A DNA stretch of 64,000 nt from an uncultured delta proteobacterium (lineage in GTDB: Bacteria; Myxococcota_A; Polyangia; Fen-1088), in NCBI GenBank assembly GCA_963755125.1, contig CAVWIP010000008.1, positions 1-64,000 on the forward strand. The letters are read 5' to 3'. Both the position numbers and the translations under genes were made by a program. The notes under the pieces are model-generated. The model searched no databases and was not told where the DNA came from. It saw only the letters and a program-made list of their open reading frames with translations. Positions 56,395 to 64,000 of the stretch are shown one piece after another (the stretch's first letter is position 1; each line of letters starts with the position of its first letter).

Positions 56395-57840
56395 TCAGCG
56401 AGCGCCGCGGCGTCGGCGAGCCAGCCGAGCGATCAGTCCGGTCATGCCAAGCGCCAGCCACAGGCTGCCCTGGCCCGCGTCGCTGCCACCGTAGGCACAC
56501 CCGCTCGAGTGGCCCATGGGCTGAGCCAAGGTACCTCCGTCCGCGGCGGCGTTGGCTGTGCTGGGGGGCACCGGGGTTACCGGAGATGGTGTCGTGCTGG
56601 CGGGCTGCCCGCTCACAGGGCCGGCACCGCTGTCGCTGCTGGTTCCGCTGGCACCGCCGGTGCCGGGGGCCAAGCCCAGACCCACCGTCGCAGTCCCACT
56701 CGATCCCGAGTTCGCCGTGAACTGACCGCCGTCAGAAGCGTGCCCTTGCGTCGCGAGGATAATACCGTCGGGCAAGCAGGACTTGTCAGGCGCGTTGGGG
56801 CTCCAGGTCGGCCGGACCCCGCCGTCGTAGTTGGAGAAGTCGAAGCAGCTCCAGCCCGCGGGACAGGCCTGACCCGATCCGCAGTCAATGGGCTTGGGCA
56901 TGCAGTTCATGATCACCGTGGTGCCGCAGGTTGGCGGCGTCGGCGCCGGGCAGGTCTCGCCCGCTGCGCAGGCCCCGCCCGATCCGGAACACCAACCCTC
57001 TTCGCTGACCTCCACGCACTGGTAGAGAGGGTCCGCGCAGTCGCTGTCAGTCGTGCAGGTCACAGGCACGTAGGTACAAACTGACGGTCCTGGGGTGCAA
57101 GTATCCGCGGTCGTAGTCACGGTGCCGCCGGCTCCCCCGGTCGCTCCGCCCGAGCATATCGCGCCATTGGCCTGGCAGACCAATGGTGTCGGGCAGTCGG
57201 CAGCGGTGCTGCACGCGTGCGGCTTGGCCACGCAGGTCCCGGTGGTGCCGGTCTGCGGCGGCGGCGTTTCGCACTTCGTGCCCGCCGGACAGGAAGGCGC
57301 GACGACCGGAAGGACGTCCATCACGCAATCGAAATCCGCGCTGGGACAGTCAGCCACGGTGGTGCAGACAATGGGCTTGGGCTCGCAGATCCCTGTGACG
57401 GGCGTGGGCACCGGCTCGGGCACGGATATAGGAGGCAGCAACCCAGCGTCCGGCCCTGGCAGGGGAGCCGCGCCTCCGTCCGTCGCAGGCACAGGCGCAC
57501 TGCTCGGCGGGGACACTAGCGTCGCACAGTTGGTGCCCGCCGCACAGGTGCTCGCAGTAGCTACCCCGGCCCCGGGACTCGCCGCGCTTCCTCCTGCGCC
57601 GCCGGTGCCGACACTGGCGCCCCCAGTTACTGGCCCAGCCCCGACGCTCGTCGCCCCGCCTGTCGCGGTACCGGTCCCGGCCACGGCCTGCCCGAAGGAA
57701 CATTGATACCCGGTATCGCAATCCGAGTCGGTCGTGCAATCCTTGGCCGCGGCTGTCCGTCCCATCCCGCCAACCAGCAAAGAGACGGTGGCAGAGATCA
57801 GGAAAACATGGCGCGAAGGTCGCAAGGCTTTAATCAACAT
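56395..57840 (-). CDS. secreted Cys-rich repeat protein (Myxococcus-type disulfide repeat) with MYXO-CTERM tail
   Basis: trimmed to MLIKALRPSRHVFLISATVSLLVGG signal; repeated CxTDSDCxxxxxC units; tail SSGCAYGG..LWLALGMTGLIARLARRRRGAR. Confidence 0.7.
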   Translation of the reverse strand: MLIKALRPSRHVFLISATVSLLVGGMGRTAAAKDCTTDSDCDTGYQCSFGQAVAGTGTATGGATSVGAGPVTGGASVGTGGAGGSAASPGAGVATASTCAAGTNCATLVSPPSSAPVPATDGGAAPLPGPDAGLLPPISVPEPVPTPVTGICEPKPIVCTTVADCPSADFDCVMDVLPVVAPSCPAGTKCETPPPQTGTTGTCVAKPHACSTAADCPTPLVCQANGAICSGGATGGAGGTVTTTADTCTPGPSVCTYVPVTCTTDSDCADPLYQCVEVSEEGWCSGSGGACAAGETCPAPTPPTCGTTVIMNCMPKPIDCGSGQACPAGWSCFDFSNYDGGVRPTWSPNAPDKSCLPDGIILATQGHASDGGQFTANSGSSGTATVGLGLAPGTGGASGTSSDSGAGPVSGQPASTTPSPVTPVPPSTANAAADGGTLAQPMGHSSGCAYGGSDAGQGSLWLALGMTGLIARLARRRRGAR

Positions 57841-57954
57841 GGCTTGGGCTCCTTTTCGACTACTGCTTGTCTTCAATCCTGTCCTTGCAAGCCCGGTGCC
57901 GCCACCCACGAACGCAATTCTGTTGCGATCACGCCGGAATTGCCCGCCTGTCCC

Positions 57955-58380
57955 TCAGAAATCTGAGGCTGACCACTCCTCGTCCGTCAGGCTTCTTCTA
58001 CCCCTGGTGCAGACGAGAGGCCTCAAACGAGCAACCTTGCGCGCCAATCCCGCCTGCTCAGCGGCGTCCACGACTGCTCCCGCCTCCTCTTTGCACGTGT
58101 TGTGTGAAACGTCGTAGAGCAGGGTCAGGTCAGCCGTGGGGAAAATCTCGGCGAACGTCTCGCGCACCAGGTGTGCGATGACGTGACGGTTGGCCATGGC
58201 GCAGTTCATGGCCGCGCGCATGGCGCCCAGGCAGCGCCGGCCCAGGGCAGAGATCTGGTGGCTGTGCTTTGCCTGGGTTGGATCCGTCCCGCACCTTCCA
58301 CCCGCGTAGCGTCCCACGGGCAAGATATGTAGACTCGGGTGCATGATCAAGCGCACGACGGCCGCCCGGTCGAGAAGCAA
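57955..58380 (-). pseudogene. degraded RtcB (RNA-splicing ligase)-like remnant
   Basis: 141-aa ORF with RtcB-like C-terminal segments (..ANRHVIAHLVRETFAEIF..LLYDVSHNTCKEE..AGLARKVARLRPL) but internal segments including the HGAGR region absent; based on recalled RtcB sequences only. Confidence 0.3.
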
Positions 58381-58418
58381 GCGAGCCGAAGCCCAGTGCC
58401 ACTAGGGGAGATCGTCGC

Positions 58419-60257
58419 TTGAGCCATGTGCTTCTCATCACGCCGCCCATGGTGCAATTCAACACGGCGTATCCCGCGCCGCCGGTGTTGGCCGCGTTTT
58501 TGCGCCGGCACGGATACGAGGTAGGGCAAGAGGATCTTTCCCTGGCGTTGGCTTTGCGACTCTTCTCGCCGCGCGGGGCGAGGGAGGTCGAACGAGCCCT
58601 GCGCCGGCGTTTTGCCCACCGACGTGGCCCGCCTTCGGTGCGGCACTTTCTCGCCCACGCGACAGAGATCGAATCCGCGGTTGCCGAGGCCGTCGCCTTC
58701 CTGCAAGGACGTGCGCCAGGGCAGGCGGCGCGGCTGGCACAACGACGTGGCTTGCCTGAAGGCCCGCGCTTTGCGTCCGTGCGCGGGCTCTTCGCAAGCG
58801 ACGACGAGGCCTCGTTGGCGCGCCATCGCGCGAGCCTTTTCCTCGACGAGATTGCCGATGCCGTGCACGACGGCCTCGACGATCTCTTCGATCTGGCCCG
58901 CTACGCGGAGCGCCTGGCGACGACAGGCGATTTCGAGTCGTTGCGCCGCGCTCTCTCCCGGCGCCGCAGTCTGGTCGACCGATGGATCGACGAGGAAGCA
59001 GAAATCGCGTTTCGCTGCCACCGGCCGCGCATCGTGGGCATCACCGTCCCGTTTCCCGGCGCGCTCTACGGCGCGCTTCGCGTCGCCCGCCGGATGAAGG
59101 CGCTCGATCCGCGCCTGGCCACCGTCCTGGGCGGCGGCTACGTCAACACCGAACTGCGCGAGCTTTCCGACCCACGCCTGTTCGACGATTTCGACTATGT
59201 GACCTATGACGACGGGGAAATACCTCTCCTTCGCATTGTGGAGGATGTTCACCTGGTACGTACGCGGATGCGCCGGCGCGGCCGCGTGGTCTGGCTGGAC
59301 GATGCGACGGCGCCGGTACTGCGCCACCGCGATCGACCCACGCCTGACTTCGCGCCGCTTTCCACCCGCGGTTATCTGTCCATGGCCGAGAGCCCCAATC
59401 CCATGCACCGCCTCTGGTCAGAACGACGCTGGCTCAAGCTGGCCCTGGCGCACGGATGCTACTGGCACCGCTGCGCGTTCTGCGACACCTATCTCGACTG
59501 CATTGGCCGTTTCGATCCGGCCGACGCCGCGACCATCGTGGGCTGGATGGAAGGGGCGATGGCCCAGACCGGGGAGCGGGGCTTTCACTTCGTGGACGAA
59601 GCCGCACCGCCAGCCTTGCTCGCGGCGGTCGCTCGCCGCATTCTCGACCGCGGCCTGGAAGTCGAGTGGTGGACCAACATCCGCTTCGAGCGGCACTTCA
59701 CGCCCGAGCTCGCCCGCCTGCTGGCGCGCTCGGGTTGTCTGGCAGTCACCGGCGGGCTGGAGTCCGGCACGGATCGTTTGCTGGCTCTGCAGGACAAAGG
59801 CTTCGATGTGGCGCAAGCCACGCGCGTGATGGCCGCCTTTGCCCGCGCCGGGGTGCTGGTCCACGCCTATCTCATGTACGGCTATCCCACGCAGACCGCG
59901 CAGGAAACCGTGGACGCGCTGGAACTGGTCCGCCAGCTCTTTGCCGCCGGCTTCCTGCATTCGGCCTACTGGCACCGTTTTGCGCTGACCGTACACAGCC
60001 CGGCTTTTCGCCAAGCGGACAAGCTAGGAATCCGGATTATCGCCCCAGGGCACATGACCTTCTCGCGCAACGAGATCCCCTTTGCCGAGCCCACCGGGGA
60101 GGATCCGGCGCCCTTTGCTCCCGGTCTGCGCCGCGCGGTCTACAACTTCATGCACGGCCAGGGCTTGCGCGCCGACGTGCGTAGTTGGTTTGATTTTCCC
60201 GTGCCTCGAGCAAGGCTCGCACGCGGCTTCGTGCACACAGCCACGCGCGATTCTTGA
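58419..60257 (+). CDS. B12-binding-domain radical SAM protein (class B-like)
   Basis: TTG start after ggggag; N-terminal VLLITPP Rossmann-like (B12-binding) region; Cys cluster CYWHRCAFC (Cx4Cx2C); 612 aa. Confidence 0.65.
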   Translation: MSHVLLITPPMVQFNTAYPAPPVLAAFLRRHGYEVGQEDLSLALALRLFSPRGAREVERALRRRFAHRRGPPSVRHFLAHATEIESAVAEAVAFLQGRAPGQAARLAQRRGLPEGPRFASVRGLFASDDEASLARHRASLFLDEIADAVHDGLDDLFDLARYAERLATTGDFESLRRALSRRRSLVDRWIDEEAEIAFRCHRPRIVGITVPFPGALYGALRVARRMKALDPRLATVLGGGYVNTELRELSDPRLFDDFDYVTYDDGEIPLLRIVEDVHLVRTRMRRRGRVVWLDDATAPVLRHRDRPTPDFAPLSTRGYLSMAESPNPMHRLWSERRWLKLALAHGCYWHRCAFCDTYLDCIGRFDPADAATIVGWMEGAMAQTGERGFHFVDEAAPPALLAAVARRILDRGLEVEWWTNIRFERHFTPELARLLARSGCLAVTGGLESGTDRLLALQDKGFDVAQATRVMAAFARAGVLVHAYLMYGYPTQTAQETVDALELVRQLFAAGFLHSAYWHRFALTVHSPAFRQADKLGIRIIAPGHMTFSRNEIPFAEPTGEDPAPFAPGLRRAVYNFMHGQGLRADVRSWFDFPVPRARLARGFVHTATRDS

Positions 60258-60260
60258 CGA

Positions 60261-61673
60261 TCAACCGCCGCGAATCTTGTGCAGGGTGAGCATGTTGGTC
60301 TGGAACGGCTCGTCCCTCAAGACCACGCCGTAGGTGACGATAATGTCGTCCCCGGGCTTGGCCATGGCATGAGCGCAAAGCTCGCGCTCGGCCTGTTCGA
60401 CCACGCCGGCGACACCCTTGACCCAGGCCCCGTAAAGCGGGCGCACGCCCCAGAAAAGGCCGAGCTGGTGCAAAACGGAGTCGTGGCGCGAGAACGCCAC
60501 GATGTTGGACAGGGGGCGCTGCGCGGAGAGCAAGGCCGCCGAATGTCCGCTCTCGGTGTACACCGCGATGGCCGCCAGCTTGAGATCTTCGGCGATCTCG
60601 GCGGCGGCGTCGGCTATCGAGCTGGAGTAGGTCCGCTCGGTCACGTCGGGCCGCTCCTTCCACAGCTTGTGGTAGTACTCGCTGCCTTCGATCTCGTCGA
60701 TGATGCGCGCCAGGGTCTTGACCGCTTCGACTGGATAGTCGCCCACCGAGGTCTCGGCCGAAAGCATGACCGCGTCGGTACCGTCGAGAACGGCATTGGC
60801 CACGTCGGAAACTTCGGCGCGCGTGGGCCGCGGGTTCTTGATCATGGAATCGAGCATCTGGGTGGCGGTGATGGCGGGCTTGGCGCGGAACTTGATGTCG
60901 CGCAGGATTCGCTTCTGGATGAGAGGCACCTTCTCGTGGCCGGCTTCCACGCCCAGATCGCCCCGCGCCACCATGACCGCGTCAGTGACGTCCAGGATCT
61001 CGTCCAGCCGGCCCACCGCCTCGGGCTTCTCGATCTTGGCGATGATGGGGATCCCGCCAGCCAGTTGCTTGGCCTCCTCCACATCCTGCGGGGTTCGCAC
61101 GAAGGACAGGGCGAACCAGTCCACACCCAACTCACGGCCGAACACGATGTCCTTCTTGTCCTTCTCGGTCAGGGCCGGCACCGACAGCGCCGAGCCCGGC
61201 AGGTTCATGCCCTTCTTGTCCTTGAGCAAGCCACCGTCGATCACGCGGCAGATCACGTCGTCGCCCTTGATGGATTCCACTTGAAGCTGCAAGAGGCCGT
61301 CGTCGAGCAGGATGGGATCGCCAGGTTTCACGTCGCGCGCCAGGGGCAAGTAGGTGTGCGAGACTCGCTCGCTCGTGCCCAGCACTTCCGTGGTGGTCAG
61401 GCAGATGCTCTTTCCCCTTTCGAGGGGCACCTGACCGCCGGTCATGCGTCCTACCCGAATCTTCGGGCCACACAAGTCGGCAAACAGGGTGATGGGCCGG
61501 CCGGCCTCGCGGGCCGCCGCGCGCACCTCTTGGTAAGTCTTGCGGTGGGTGTCGTAGTCGCCGTGCGAGAAGTTCAGACGCGCGACATCCATGCCGGCAT
61601 CGATCAACTCCACCAGGCGGGGCACGCCCGCGGTCGCAGGTCCCAGGGTACAGACGATCTTCACCTTGCGCAT
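60261..61673 (-). CDS. pyk: pyruvate kinase
   Basis: trimmed to MRKVKIVCTLGPAT; full-length 470 aa with typical PK barrel and C-domain. Confidence 0.9.
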   Translation of the reverse strand: MRKVKIVCTLGPATAGVPRLVELIDAGMDVARLNFSHGDYDTHRKTYQEVRAAAREAGRPITLFADLCGPKIRVGRMTGGQVPLERGKSICLTTTEVLGTSERVSHTYLPLARDVKPGDPILLDDGLLQLQVESIKGDDVICRVIDGGLLKDKKGMNLPGSALSVPALTEKDKKDIVFGRELGVDWFALSFVRTPQDVEEAKQLAGGIPIIAKIEKPEAVGRLDEILDVTDAVMVARGDLGVEAGHEKVPLIQKRILRDIKFRAKPAITATQMLDSMIKNPRPTRAEVSDVANAVLDGTDAVMLSAETSVGDYPVEAVKTLARIIDEIEGSEYYHKLWKERPDVTERTYSSSIADAAAEIAEDLKLAAIAVYTESGHSAALLSAQRPLSNIVAFSRHDSVLHQLGLFWGVRPLYGAWVKGVAGVVEQAERELCAHAMAKPGDDIIVTYGVVLRDEPFQTNMLTLHKIRGG

Positions 61674-61803
61674 GTGTGGCCTCCTGACGCGGCTATGGTC
61701 GCAGAAGGTCACGCCCTGCCGCAAGCTCGTTAAGATCTGGCGGATTTTCTCTTGACCTGTATTATTTCCGGCCTGAGACGCTAAACGTCAAGGAGGGATC
61801 CCG

Positions 61804-62217
61804 ATGAAGCGCATGGTTCTTGTTTTGGTTGTGTCCGCGGTTCTACCCATTGCTGGCCTGGTTCAGGCCCAAACCAAGGCCGCTCCGGCTGCTGCTCCGG
61901 CTGCCAAGGCCGCTCCTGTGGCTGCTGCCGAGAAGCCGGCTGCCAAGGCCGAAAAGCCGGCCAAGGCTGAAAAGGCCGAGAAGCCCGATTGCTCTGCCAA
62001 GCAGACTGCCCTCGACGATGCCAAGAAGGCCGAGAAGGACGCTGCCAAGGCCGATCTGTCGAGCTGCAAGGAGATGAAGGGCAAGGAGAAGGCCGAGTGC
62101 GAGAAGCCGCTCAAGGCGAAGGCCAAGGAAGATGCCAAGGCCGCCAAGGAGAAGACCGCTGCGGCCAAGAAGGAACTCGACTGCTGCAAGTCCCCGAAGA
62201 AGAAGGGCTGCGAGTAG
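61804..62217 (+). CDS. small secreted Lys/Ala-rich, 6-Cys protein
   Basis: RBS aaggagg 8 nt upstream; signal MKRMVLVLVVSAVLPIAGLVQAQ; KAEKAEKP repeats; CxxK..SSCKE..ECEK..DCCKSPKKKGCE. Confidence 0.55.
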   Translation: MKRMVLVLVVSAVLPIAGLVQAQTKAAPAAAPAAKAAPVAAAEKPAAKAEKPAKAEKAEKPDCSAKQTALDDAKKAEKDAAKADLSSCKEMKGKEKAECEKPLKAKAKEDAKAAKEKTAAAKKELDCCKSPKKKGCE

Positions 62218-62429
62218 TTGGTTCTGCAGGCGCGCCCCTCTATTGAGGAGCGCGCCCGAGAGGCGTGGAGCCTCTCGACAAGGCCGGCAAAGCTGGCTTT
62301 GTCAAAGGGCTCCGAAGCGGTGGTTCAGAACGGCGAGGGATGTCCGGCCACGACCACGTCTACGGCCACGGCCTCACCGACTGGCGGGCGCGTGCGGTTG
62401 CTGGTATCACAGACTGCACGGAGCCCACC

Positions 62430-63521
62430 ATGGCCAAAGCCAAAGTCGCCGTTCTCAAGTGCACGCCCGAAACCATCCTGAGCGACATCGAGCGCTTGTG
62501 TGGGCTCGCGGGAATGAAGCAGGCGCTGGCGGCGGGCAAAACCACCATTCTGAAGGACAACATCTCGTGGCACTACCCGTTCCCCGGCGCCAACACCACA
62601 CCCTGGCAGATGGAAGGCACCATCAAGGCCCTGCGTGCCGTCGGGTACGACGACATCACCTGCGTGCAGAACAAGACGGTGGTGACCAACGCCTTCAAGG
62701 GCGAGGATCTCAATCACTACGTGCCGCTTTTCCGGAAGTACGGCGTTCCGGTTCTCTACAACTTCAAGGAAAACGACATGCGCTGGGTCGAGTACAAGCC
62801 CACGGCGCGCATGCACGTCTTGCCGCGCATCTTTCCCGACGGGATTCGCATCCCCGACTACTTCCTGGGTAAGAACATCGTCCACCTGCCCACGGCCAAG
62901 TGCCACATTTACACCACGACCACCGGCGCGATGAAGAACGCCTTCGGTGGCCTCTTGGCCACGCACCGCCACTACACGCACAGCTGGATTCACCGCACCC
63001 TGGTGGATCTCTTGGCCATCCAGAAGGAAATTCACCCCGGCATCTTCGCGGTCATGGACTGCACCACCGCTGGCAACGGCCCGGGGCCGCGCACCATGAT
63101 CCCGGTGATCAAAAACTTCATGCTGGCCAGCGCGGATCAGGTCGCCATCGACGCGGTGTCAGCCAAGATGATGGGCTTTGACCCGCTATCTTTGGAATAC
63201 ATCAGCGTCGCGCACCAAGATGGACTGGGCGTGGGCGACCCGCGCGACATCGAAATCGTCGGCGACGACATCTCAAACGAGAGTTGGGGCTTCAAGGTGG
63301 GCGACAACCTGGCCAGCATGGCCGGCGACTTCATCTGGTTTGGGCCGCTCAAGGCCATCCAGAAGCTGTTCTTCCACACCCCGCTGGTCAACGTGTTCGT
63401 GGCTGCCAGTGAGGCTTACCACGACTACTACCGCTGGCCGGTCAAGGACAGGAAGACCTTCGAGAACTGGAAACGCGATACGCAATGGGGCCGCCTTTTC
63501 CAGACCTACGAGAACGTCTGA
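62430..63521 (+). CDS. DUF362-family protein
   Basis: trimmed to MAKAKVAVLKCTPETIL..GKTTILKDNISW (matches recalled DUF362 N-terminal pattern KVAIVKC..KVLLKPN). Confidence 0.55.
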   Translation: MAKAKVAVLKCTPETILSDIERLCGLAGMKQALAAGKTTILKDNISWHYPFPGANTTPWQMEGTIKALRAVGYDDITCVQNKTVVTNAFKGEDLNHYVPLFRKYGVPVLYNFKENDMRWVEYKPTARMHVLPRIFPDGIRIPDYFLGKNIVHLPTAKCHIYTTTTGAMKNAFGGLLATHRHYTHSWIHRTLVDLLAIQKEIHPGIFAVMDCTTAGNGPGPRTMIPVIKNFMLASADQVAIDAVSAKMMGFDPLSLEYISVAHQDGLGVGDPRDIEIVGDDISNESWGFKVGDNLASMAGDFIWFGPLKAIQKLFFHTPLVNVFVAASEAYHDYYRWPVKDRKTFENWKRDTQWGRLFQTYENV

Positions 63522-63614
63522 ACGCAGTCTAGCGTGAGCGGCTGATCGAGACAGCGATCCGCGGCTGAAAACACAGATGGGAGAGGCGAGGACACGGAAC
63601 AGGCTTGCGGACGT

Positions 63615-63992
63615 TCAGCGGCGCCGCCAGGCCACGCCTTGCACGTCGCTGTCGTAGGGTGAGCCAGCGTCGATGCGCATGGGCGGAGCCGGGCCCAATC
63701 GAGTCGAGGGCGGCGCCAGCGCCTTGGCGATGGCTGGGCCGAGCCTCTTCCAGAATTCCTTCTTCAACACACGCGCCAGTTTCTCCCGGTAGGCCGCGAT
63801 TTCCCAGCGTCCCACCACCGAGCCGTCGATGCCCTGCCAGACCAGGAAAGTCATCGCCAGCCGCTTGCCCCGCTGCTCGATGTCGGCGACGACAAAGGCT
63901 TTCAGTTCGCGGTCGCGTGCAAGCTGGGGATACTGTCCGGTCCCGGACACGGCGGGGATGGAAGTCAGGACAGCGAAGCCGTGTTTGGCCAC
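63615..63992 (-). CDS. hypothetical protein (125 aa)
   Basis: complete ORF near window edge, MAKHGFAVLTSIPAVSGTGQYPQLARDRELKAFVVADIEQRGKRLAMTFLVWQGIDG..; no motif recognised. Confidence 0.3.
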   Translation of the reverse strand: MAKHGFAVLTSIPAVSGTGQYPQLARDRELKAFVVADIEQRGKRLAMTFLVWQGIDGSVVGRWEIAAYREKLARVLKKEFWKRLGPAIAKALAPPSTRLGPAPPMRIDAGSPYDSDVQGVAWRRR

Positions 63993-64000
63993 GATGCGCG

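Overview
High-GC (~68%) bacterial chromosomal segment, almost certainly from a myxobacterium (Myxococcota). Evidence for lineage: two secreted proteins end in MYXO-CTERM-type sorting tails (Cys motif, hydrophobic helix, Arg cluster); there is a Myxococcus-type Cys-rich repeat protein; lipoproteins are abundant; several PAS histidine kinases and a sigma-54 NtrC-type activator are present. Content: (i) a divergent locus pairing an SPFH/band-7 lipoprotein operon with a YgiC/YjfC-type (glutathionylspermidine-synthase-like) ATP-grasp gene that is translationally coupled to a 446-aa protein of unknown function, followed by a HAMP histidine kinase and a sigma-54 response regulator. (ii) A flotillin-like (YqiK-type SPFH) gene cleanly interrupted by an intact IS3-family insertion sequence (18-bp imperfect inverted repeats, 3-bp ACT target duplication, orfA/orfB with a -1 slippery site). 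(iii) Two clusters of secreted carbohydrate-active enzymes (GH39-like, GH8 with a 5x repeated N-terminal module, GH5, GH51, accessory lipoproteins, a GT2). (iv) Housekeeping genes (hslO, tkt, pyk, cysC), an Aas-like PlsC-ACP-AMP-ligase tri-domain gene, a Suv3-like helicase, two tandem cNMP-binding-only proteins, a B12-binding radical SAM protein and a DUF362 protein. Irregularities worth checking: an in-frame amber codon splitting a HEXXH metalloprotease lipoprotein, a probable frameshift in a Kelch-repeat gene, a degraded rtcB-like remnant, and a lower-GC island carrying a spermidine-synthase-like methyltransferase. No rRNA, CRISPR array or confident tRNA was seen. All calls are from reading the translations and DNA by eye; no database searches were run.
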